Assembly: GCA_021772535.1 (NCBI GenBank)
Contig: JAJFLV010000025.1
Span: forward strand, 5,400-69,399
DNA from: Opitutales bacterium
Lineage (GTDB): Bacteria > Verrucomicrobiota > Verrucomicrobiia > Opitutales > UBA2987
Direction: 5' to 3'
DNA: 64,000 bases
This document shows, piece by piece, positions 48,685-58,300 of this stretch (the first letter of the stretch is position 1; each line of letters opens with the position of its first letter). The position numbers were made by a program, and so were the translations under genes. The notes beneath the pieces are model-generated. The model searched no databases. It was not told the DNA's origin and was given only the letters and a program-made list of their open reading frames with translations.

Positions 48685-49884
48685 TCAACCCCTGCCTGTA
48701 TTCTCGGACAATGGCAATTCGAAGATAAATGTGCAGCCACGGCCGTATTCCGATTCGGCCCAAATGCGGCCGTTATGGAGATCGATCAATTGTTTGACGA
48801 TGGACAAACCGAGGCCGGTGGAAGTTTCGCCGCCTGTCGGCCGGGCGGACAGTTTTTGAAATTTTCCAAACAATTTACCCATTTCATCCGGCTTTAAACC
48901 CGGGCCTTCATCCTTAACGGAACAACGGATAAAGTTATTCGCTTCACCGCCGGCGGACATATTTACCCAAACCCGCTTTTCGCATGGGGAAAACTTGATC
49001 GCGTTGCTGATCAAATTGTCCACCACCTCACGCAGGCGCCCCGGATCAGCCAAAACGATTGTTTCACCAGTGGACTCTACAATGAGTTCGATCTTTTTAC
49101 CCGCCACTTGTTCCCGGCCCAGTTTGACCACTTCCGAAACAATTTTTTGCAAATCGCATTTTTCTTTGTGCAACTGAACATGTCCGCTTTCCAACGCTTC
49201 GGTATTGAGAAGGTTGTTAACAATGGAAAACATGTGAGTGGAGGCTTTTTCGATGCCCTGAACCATTTCCAGGGCCTCCTCATCCAATCGGTTGTTCGGA
49301 TCGTTTCCATCCTCGACCATGTCTTTGACAACCCCTGAAAGCCCCGCGATAGCAACCAGGGGGTTTTTCAGGTCATGGGCAGCGATTCCCATAAACTCAC
49401 TTTTTTTCTTGTTCAGAACTTTCAACTCTTCATTTCTGACTGAAAGTTCCTCATTGGACAGTTTCAGCCGTTCCCTCGCCTGTTTCAAATTCAACTGGGT
49501 GGCTACCCGGGCAATCAATTCACCTGTCCGAAAAGGTTTGGTCACATAGTCAACACCCCCAGATTCGAAAGCTTGCACAATATCCTCAGTTTCAGTTTTT
49601 GCAGTTAGGAAAATAACCGGTATGCTTGCCAAGGCGTTGTTTTGTTTGAGCTTTGTACAAACTTCATAACCATCCATTCCGGGCATCATGACATCAAGTA
49701 AGATCAAGTCGGGAGGATCCTGATCAGCCAGTTCCAGGGCACGCTGGCCGCTCTTGGCAAAGGCGATGTCGTAGCCTTGGTCCTCCAGCAAGCTTCCTAC
49801 CAACTGGAGGTTTTTGGCCTTATCGTCAACGACGAGAATAAAAGGTGGATTGTCCGATTCCGCAGGTTGGCTTTCGTATTTCAT
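48685..49884 (-). CDS. Hybrid response regulator / histidine kinase (REC-HisKA-HATPase)
   Basis: VVDD, LLDVMMP, AAHDLKNP, NLISNAIKF, GLGLSI. Confidence 0.95.
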   Translation of the reverse strand: MKYESQPAESDNPPFILVVDDKAKNLQLVGSLLEDQGYDIAFAKSGQRALELADQDPPDLILLDVMMPGMDGYEVCTKLKQNNALASIPVIFLTAKTETEDIVQAFESGGVDYVTKPFRTGELIARVATQLNLKQARERLKLSNEELSVRNEELKVLNKKKSEFMGIAAHDLKNPLVAIAGLSGVVKDMVEDGNDPNNRLDEEALEMVQGIEKASTHMFSIVNNLLNTEALESGHVQLHKEKCDLQKIVSEVVKLGREQVAGKKIELIVESTGETIVLADPGRLREVVDNLISNAIKFSPCEKRVWVNMSAGGEANNFIRCSVKDEGPGLKPDEMGKLFGKFQKLSARPTGGETSTGLGLSIVKQLIDLHNGRIWAESEYGRGCTFIFELPLSENTGRG

Positions 49885-49918
49885 GGGTTTTGGATTAAGA
49901 GGTAGCTAAGTAAGTAAA

Positions 49919-52390
49919 TTAAAGAAAACGTTTCAACGAATTTATTAATTCGGGGTATTGGGAGAGTATTTTCCCCATTTGATCGACATCGAAACTAACT
50001 GCCGCATTTTCGAGTTTGCTTGAGAAATCCAAAAGAAGCTTAACATCCGACTTTTCGCCAAGGGTTCTTATTTTCGCCAAAAAGTTTTTAATTGGGCCAA
50101 TTCTGGAACGATTTTGGACTGCGACCCACTCCTCCTTCAACTCGCCTTCAAGAAGTTTCAATAGGTTGGGCAGGTTGTCGCGGGCCATTAGGGGGAGTGA
50201 ATCCATTTCCTGCCTGGGTGATGTTCCAAAAACGCTCACTGCTTGCTTTGTGCGCGGCTTTGTTTTTAAAAGAACGCTATGTGGCAGGAAGTGTTTCAAC
50301 TCCGCTAACAAACGATGCTTGCCGATCGGTTTCGTCAAAAAACCCTCAAGAGATAGTTGACCTGCCCATAGCTCTCGTTCCTCTAATGCGGAAGCTGTTA
50401 ATACAATGATTGGAATTTGGCCGGTTTTTGCATCACTACGGATAAACCTTGATGCTTCACGACCATCCATTACAGGCATGGAAATGTCCATAAGTATGAG
50501 ATCCGGCATCTCCTTCGCCGCTAGTTCGCAGGCGTCCTTGCCGTTCTCGGCCTCAAGGGTCAAAAGACCCGACTCTCGCAAAAATTCACGGATAAGCTCG
50601 CGATTCTTGATGCTGTCTTCGACTATTAAAACGGTGGAGGGGTCGAAGTGTAACTCTTCCTCCGCAGATGCCTCCTCTTTTTTGGCCTCATTTTCACTTA
50701 ACGCGGCCACCTCGAGTTCTCTGATATTAACGGTAAATACGCTTCCTTTCCCGAGTTCGCTCTCAACCGATATCGAACCTCCCATAAGCTCAACCAGGCG
50801 CTTGGTAATGGCGAGACCAAGCCCGGTGCCCTCAAATTGCCGGGTTCGATGGCCGCTTTGCTGGACAAATGAATCGAAAATCCTGTCCTGATCCTCCTGC
50901 GGAATGCCGATCCCGGTATCCTCTACCTTGAAAATAATATCCAGAGCGCTGCTTTCCGCATTTTCTATCTTTTCCAGAAGTAACCGGACACTGCCTTCCG
51001 AGGTGAATTTTATGGCATTTCCAACCAGATTAAAGAGGATCTGGCGTAAACGCACTTCGTCCAACAATAATTGCCCCGGCAAGGAAGGATCGACCTGCAC
51101 GACCAATTCTAGGCCCTTTTCCTGGGCTTTAGACTCGAAAATCCGGCCGACCTCCTGAAGGACTGCCACGGGGTCCGCCGGCTCGCGCTCCAGGTGCATT
51201 TTCCCTGACTCGATTTTGGAAAGGTCGAGCAGGTCGTTAATCAAGTCGAGAAGGATTCTGCCGCTCGATATAACCGAAGAAATATAATGGCGCTGCCTGG
51301 GATCCTCGATCTCTTCCTCGAGCATTTCGCTGAACCCCAGAATAGAATTCATGGGAGTTCTTATCTCGTGGCTAAGATTAGAGATAAACTCTGTTTTGGC
51401 CATATTGGCCGCCTCTGAAATTTCCGCTAAACGATTTGTTTTCTCTATGGCCTCCTCCAACTGCTTATTGGCCTCCGTTAGTTCTTCGGTGCGAGAATTA
51501 ACCTCCTGCTCGAGATTTACGCGGTTTTTTTCAATTTCCTGGCGCAGGATTCTAAGTTTGTCGTTCATGTGGTTGAAGGCAGAAGCCAGTTCGCCAATTT
51601 CATCCTCGGTCTGAATAGTTGCACGGTGCGCCAAATCTCCACTGGCAATGCGCTCGGCGCTTTTTTTCAAAGCCCTTATTGGCCTTAAAAACCAACCCCC
51701 GACGAACCACCCCAAAACCGCTGAAAGGGGTGCCAGGAAAGCGAATATGACTAGAGCAATCCATAAAGCCTGTCGTTCCCGTGCCAATACCTGCGTGACA
51801 GAAACATCGACACCTAATATACCTTCTCTAAGGCCGTCGGTTGTAAAAAATGGGGCATAGCCGGTCATCCAGTCTCCCCACTTGTCCGAATAATACTCTT
51901 CCAAAACCAATGGCCCTTCCAGGCTGGCCAGAATCACGCCCAGAGGGGATCCCGCCTCCGCATAAATATCACCAGGGTGAGTTGATAAAACTGGATTGTA
52001 ATCGGGATCAGAAGTAAGATAGGAGTCGGTTATATGAATGGTTTGACCCAAATCGTTCTGCCTGAAAGTGCCCTTTACATCTACCCCCGCCTTCAAACGA
52101 AGTGACTTTAGATTTCGCTCCAATTGGAGATGTGTCTTGTTCCCTTCTGCCGAACCATCCCGAATTGTGGCGTGAGCGTCCCCGTCGATGCTCAACACGG
52201 CGATACGCAAGGAACCGAGGAGCTTATCCCTGACCTCCTTGCGTACCTGTGAGCGGACCGTAAAAAATAAGGCAAGGGTAAAGAAGGCGGATACTAACAC
52301 AGTCAGGATGGCAAAACATAACCCCATCCTTGTTCTCAGCCTTCCATGCCTTCTGAGCCCATTTTTACCTAATGCTCTCATAATCGTCAT
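49919..52390 (-). CDS. Membrane hybrid histidine kinase (periplasmic sensor-HAMP-HisKA-HATPase-REC)
   Basis: Two TMs, DEIGELA, SHEIRTPMN, GTGLGL, LMDISMP. Confidence 0.95.
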   Translation of the reverse strand: MTIMRALGKNGLRRHGRLRTRMGLCFAILTVLVSAFFTLALFFTVRSQVRKEVRDKLLGSLRIAVLSIDGDAHATIRDGSAEGNKTHLQLERNLKSLRLKAGVDVKGTFRQNDLGQTIHITDSYLTSDPDYNPVLSTHPGDIYAEAGSPLGVILASLEGPLVLEEYYSDKWGDWMTGYAPFFTTDGLREGILGVDVSVTQVLARERQALWIALVIFAFLAPLSAVLGWFVGGWFLRPIRALKKSAERIASGDLAHRATIQTEDEIGELASAFNHMNDKLRILRQEIEKNRVNLEQEVNSRTEELTEANKQLEEAIEKTNRLAEISEAANMAKTEFISNLSHEIRTPMNSILGFSEMLEEEIEDPRQRHYISSVISSGRILLDLINDLLDLSKIESGKMHLEREPADPVAVLQEVGRIFESKAQEKGLELVVQVDPSLPGQLLLDEVRLRQILFNLVGNAIKFTSEGSVRLLLEKIENAESSALDIIFKVEDTGIGIPQEDQDRIFDSFVQQSGHRTRQFEGTGLGLAITKRLVELMGGSISVESELGKGSVFTVNIRELEVAALSENEAKKEEASAEEELHFDPSTVLIVEDSIKNRELIREFLRESGLLTLEAENGKDACELAAKEMPDLILMDISMPVMDGREASRFIRSDAKTGQIPIIVLTASALEERELWAGQLSLEGFLTKPIGKHRLLAELKHFLPHSVLLKTKPRTKQAVSVFGTSPRQEMDSLPLMARDNLPNLLKLLEGELKEEWVAVQNRSRIGPIKNFLAKIRTLGEKSDVKLLLDFSSKLENAAVSFDVDQMGKILSQYPELINSLKRFL

Positions 52391-55300
52391 TTTTTGTTAT
52401 AAGATTTCAGGTCAGCAATTAGGTGGGGATACCCCGAAAGTGTTTGGCTGATAAGGTCGATATCGAAGCTCTCCGCAGCGAGCTCTAGTTTCTCGGCAAA
52501 TTTAATGATCGGAGGGACATTATTTTCATGGCCGAAATGGTAAAGTTTGCCCGCAAAGGATTTTATCGGTCCCATGCGGGAACGTTTACCGACCGCCTTG
52601 CATTCCTGCATCAGTTCTCCTTCCAGAATCACCAAGAGTTCGGGCAGTCTGTCTCGGACTTCCGGCGGTAATTCCTCTAATTGCAGCCCGATGGTCGTTG
52701 TGGTCGCCCTGGGTTTCCCCGCCGTTCCTGCTTCGTTTACTTCCGAAACAGATTCGTAGGGAAGAAATTTAATTAATTCTTGAATCAATCGTCCTTGCCC
52801 GATTGGTTTTCGCAGGAAGCCTTCCAACTTCAATTTCTGAAACGAGATATCCTTCTCCGATGCTATCGAAGCGGTCAAAATGAGAATGGGTATATTCCTG
52901 GTCTTTGGATTTTCCCTAATCAGGCGGGCAGCTTCTTTGCCATCCATCACCGGCATGGAAATATCCATCAATATCAATTCTGGCTGGCCCTCGATGGCCA
53001 TATCGACTCCTGCCTGTCCATTTTCCGCCTCGAGGGTTTTCAATCCGGAATTTCGAAGAAATTCCTTTATGAGATCACGGTTCATTTCGTTGTCCTCAAC
53101 GATCAAGACGGTGGCTGGGTCAAAATGTACTTCTTCGTAAGATTCATCTTTTAATAACTCGACATCTTCCTCTTTAACCGCGGCAACCTCCAGGTCTTTC
53201 AGGCGTACCGTAAACAGACTTCCTTCCCCATGTTTGCTTTCGAGGATAATGAGGCCACCCATTGCTTCGACCAGCCGACGCGAGATAGCCAGGCCCAATC
53301 CGGTGCCGCCATACTTTCTTGTGCGCTGTCCGCTCTGTTGCACGAATGCCTCAAATATGCGATCCTGATCCTCCTCGGGTATCCCGATGCCGGTATCCTT
53401 GACCGAAAATTCCAGGTCGAGGGCGCTATGGTCTCTGCGGGTGTAATTTGTGCTAAGGGACAGAGTAACAGACCCGCGCTCGGTGAATTTAATGGCGTTT
53501 CCAACAAGGTTGAAAAGCACTTGCCGGAGCCGCACTTCGTCAAGGAGAACATGTTTAGGGACCGATGGTTCGATATCGATCTTCAATTCGATGCCTTTTT
53601 CCTTCGTTTTGATTTCAAAAATGCGGCCAATTTCATTCAGTACCGAGGGGACGTCTATAGGTTCGTACTCAAGGGTCAGTTTGCCGGCCTCGATTTTAGA
53701 GAGGTCGAGCAAATCATTGATGAGACTGAGAAGAGTTTTGCCTCCTGAGCGGATGGAGGAGAGGAAGCGTTGTTGCTTCGAATCAGTGATATCCCTTTCG
53801 AGGAGCTCGCTGAAGCCCAGGATGGCGTTCATGGGCGTTCGTATTTCATGGCTCATGTTGGCCAGGAATTCACTTTTTGCGCGGGTGGCTGCCTCGGCCT
53901 TCTCCTTGGCTTCAAAAAGGACCGCCTCAGATTCTTTGCGTTCGGTGATATCGCGGCTGTTCACGATAATACCCTTTACGCTTGGGTTGTCCAACAAGTT
54001 GGTGCCGATAGCCTCCATATACACCCAGGAGCCATTTTTATGTAACCGGCGATAATCCACGGTAACGGAGGTTCCGGGGTTTTTATAGCATTTTGCCAAT
54101 GCATATTTTAGCCGCACCAAGTCTTCCGGGTGAACATCGTCAAACCCACTTTGCGAGATCGACTCTTCCACCGTATAACCCGTAATGCCTTCCACCGAAG
54201 GACTGACAAACAATCGATTTCCCGTTTCATCGACAATCATGTACAAATCGGATGAATTCTGGATCATCAGGCGGAACCGTTCATCCCTCCTGCGTATTTC
54301 AGCCTCGGCCCGGTTGCGCTCGGTCACGTCGCGGCTGTTCACGACCAAACCCTCTACGATGGGATCATGCAGCAGATTGGTGCCAATGGCAGACATTTCC
54401 ACCCACGAGCCGTTTTTGTGCAGATGCCGGTAATCAAAATTCACGGTGGCCCCGTCTTTATTCATTTCCGTGGCCATCATCTCTTTCATTTTGGCAGAAT
54501 CTTCGGGGTGGAGAAATTCAAAACTGGTTTTTCCGACCGTTTCTTCTACTGTAAAACCGGTGATTCGCTCAATCGAGGGGCTGACGTAAGTGCGCACCGC
54601 ATTTTTGTCCAAAATGATAAACAAATCGGAAGAATTCTGCACCAATTGCTTGAACTGCTCATCTTTTTTACGTAATTCCGCCTGTACCCGGTTGCGCTCG
54701 GTCACATCGCGGCAGGTGACGACTATTCCTTGAATATCGGGATCCTCGAGCTGATTGTTGCCGTAAGTCTCGATGGTGATGTAGGAGCCGTCCTTGCACT
54801 TGTGGCGGAACTCCGTTATGGGGGTTGCTCCGGCTTCATGTTGAATGGCCTGTTCGGTCGCCTCTGCAATGTATTCGAGATCGTCGGGATGGATGAAACT
54901 CAGCCCCGGCTGGCCGATGATCTCCTCGACTTTAAAACCGGTCAGGCGCTCAATCGTCGGGGTGACGTATTTTATGATTCCCTCTCCGTCCATGATGGTA
55001 AACCAATCAGTGGAGTTCTGGACTAACAATCGGAACCGCTCTTCTTGGGCTTTGAGTTTTTCCTCGGCTCTTTTCGCATCCGTAATGTCGCGCCCCACGC
55101 CAAGATAGCTCCAGACTTTGCCATCCTGGTCGAAGAGAGCGGTTTCGACCCATAGCACATAGTGATCGTCCCATCTTTCAGAAGTGTATTTGACTTCATG
55201 CTCCCGACGCGGGTTTTCTGGGTTAAGAGCCGCCAGGCTTTGACGATACGTTTCGGCGTAGTTACCCTTAATGAAATCGAAAACATTTTTCCCCAGCAAG

Positions 55301-58300
55301 ACATCGGGGGTGCCGTGGTTGTTGCTCATGTATTGCTGGTAATTTTTATTGGCGAAAATTATCTCCCCCGATGGCAGAATCTGGTTGATCATTTCCGACT
55401 GCCACTCCACCACCTGCCGGTATTGTTCCTCACTTCGCCGGAGAGCTTCCTGCGTTCGCTTTATTTCAATCTCCGCCCGTTTGTAATCCGTTATATTCCG
55501 ACCTACCCCCAGGTAACTTTGCACTTCGCCATTCTCATTGAAAAGCGCTTTATCATTCCATAAAATAAAATGGTTTTCCGCTTTCCCGGGAAAGTATTCG
55601 ACCTCATGCTCGATGCGGGAATTTTCAGGCGTAAGTGAGGCCAGGTTTTGACGGAAGTCATCCGCGAATTTCGGTGGAATTAATTCAAAAATGTTATTTC
55701 CGGCAAGGTCTTCGGGAGCGCCGTGGTACTTGTGCATGTAGTCTTGGTAATTTTTATTGGCGAATATTATTTCCCCGGAGGGGAGTATTTGGGTGATCAT
55801 TTCCGATTGCCACTCCACCACCGAACGGTATTGTTCCTCGCTTTGCCGGAGGGCTTCCTGGGTTTCTTTAATTTCAATCTCGGCCAGTTTCGCTGCGGTA
55901 ATGTCGCGACCTACCCCGAGATAACCGATCACATTGCCCTCCTCGTCGAGCATCGCCCGATTCGTCCACTGCATATAGAAGACTTTGCCGCCATCGGTTT
56001 GATGGGCAATTTCCCGCGAATTAACTTCATCAGGCGCTAGAGATTCCAGAATTTTGAGCAATTCTCCACGGTGTTCTGCCGGTGTATAATCAAAGATGTT
56101 CTCCCCAATGATCACTTCGGGAGCGCCATTATGTCGGGTAACAAATTCCTGATAGTTCCTGTTAGCGAATAAAATTTCACCGTCTGGAGCGATTTGATTG
56201 ATGAATTCCGATTGGTAATCGACCACCAAACGGTATTGCTCCTTACTTTTTTGCAAAGCTGCCTGGGCGCGAATCAATTCCTCCTCCGCCTCCCTCTCCT
56301 TGGTAATGTCCCGGCCCACCCCGAGGTAACTGCAGACCTTTCCTTCTTCATCGAACAAGGCCTTATCCGTGTAGCTGATGACAATGCGCTCCCCCTTCAG
56401 GGTATGAAAATCCGCCTCGTGATTCCAAGATGGATTATCCACAGTCAATTTTGCCAGGTTCGCCCGAGTATCCTCGACATCTTTTTTTTGAAGAATATCG
56501 AAAATATTTTTCCCGATCATATCATTGGGTGAATCATAGTACGCCGAAGCCGATTTCACGTAGGCAGGATTTACGAATATGATCTCTCCCGACGGCAGTA
56601 TTTGATTGATCATTTCGTTCTGCGCCTCAACCAAGTTACGGTATTGCTCCTCGCTTTTTTGCAACGCTGCCTGTGCCAGTCGTAATTCTTGCTCGGATTC
56701 CCTCTCCTTGGTGATGTCTCGGCCCACCCCGAGGTAGCTCCAGATCTTTCCTTTGTCATCGAATAATGCTTTTTCTGTGTAACTGATGACAAAACGCTCC
56801 CCCTCGTCGTTATGAAAATCCACTTCGTGATTCCAGACTGGATTTTCATATGTCAACTTGGCCAATGTTTCCCGGATGCCGGTGGCATTTTTCGGCGGCA
56901 GAATTTCAAACAAATTTTTCCCAATTAAATCTTTGGGAGAATTAAAATGCTTGAAGGCTGATCTCACGTAGGCGGGGTTTGCAAAGATGATTTCACCGGA
57001 AGGGAGAATTTGGTTGATCATGTCGTTCTGCCCCTCGACCACGGTCCGGTATTGCTGCTCGCTCCGGTGGAGGGCTTCCTGGGCTTGGGTGATTTCTTTT
57101 TCGGCCTGCTTGCGTTCCAACACACGGCCCACCTGCTCGCTCACGTTGTGAGCGGTCCTCAGCAGCCACTCATCCGAACTCACCTCCTTTTCTGTGAAAA
57201 ACTCCAGGACGGCAACGGTTTCACCCCGCACTTTGATGGGGAAACCAAAGGCTCCTTCCACATTGATGTCTTTGCACAAAGGACTCCTCGGAAAATTCGA
57301 GTCTCTTTGTACATTTTCGACCCGAACGGGTTGGCCCGATTCCCAAATGCGCCCGGGCAGACCGATTCCCCTGGCAAAGGTAGTGCGCATTGTCACCTCG
57401 TAAAAATCGGCATGAGTTCCCTCCTCCGTCAGATGCCATATATCGGCTGGTTCAAGTTCGGTTCCATCTTTGGCTACCAGGTAGGCGTGGCCGATCGGCC
57501 ACCCGGTAAGCTCACACACGATGTTGACACATTGCTGAAGCGAATTCTCAAACGAATCGGTCCCCGCCGTCATTTCGGCAACCCGGTGCAGCAAGGTCGA
57601 CTCCAACGCTTGTTTTGCCAGAGTTTCCTCTGCATTTTTTTGTTCCGTAAAGTCGAATCCGATTCCCTCCATATGTGTCGGATTGCCATCAGCATCCCGT
57701 TTGACCACAATTTCGTGGGCCTCAAAATACCGCCACTGACCGGAAAGGGTGCGAATGCGCGCAGACCATTCGGCTTGTTCCGTTTGGTTTGAATTAAGGC
57801 CATCAAGGGCCTTTCTAACTCCTGCCAAATCGTCCGGATGGATCGATTCCTCCCAAAGTTGCAACATTTTTTCAGTATCCGGGAGACCCGCAAGCGAATA
57901 ATCAAATACCTTGGCGTAGCACTCGCCATAATCAAAGGAAGAACCATCGAGGGCTAGTTTCCAGTTAGCCACATTTCCCGAGGTTAAGGCCAAGTCCAAA
58001 CTCAATTTACTGAACTTGAGTTCTTCAGATCTTTTCTCCAGCTCAATGGTGCGTCTTTGAACCTCCTCCTCAAGCCGTTCCCTAGTCTGCCGCAAATTCC
58101 TGAAACGCAACCGATAAGCCAGGAATATGCCGAGAATCAGTGACAGGACGGTAAGCCCGTAAAAGATTGGAGTTTCATAGAAGCGGGGATTGAGGGTAAA
58201 AGTAAAAGTCGGCGAAGTCGTATTCCAGACCCCGTCGCTATTGGTTGCCTTGAGCCGAAAGGTGTACGGCCCGGAAGGGAGATTCATGTAGTATATATGC

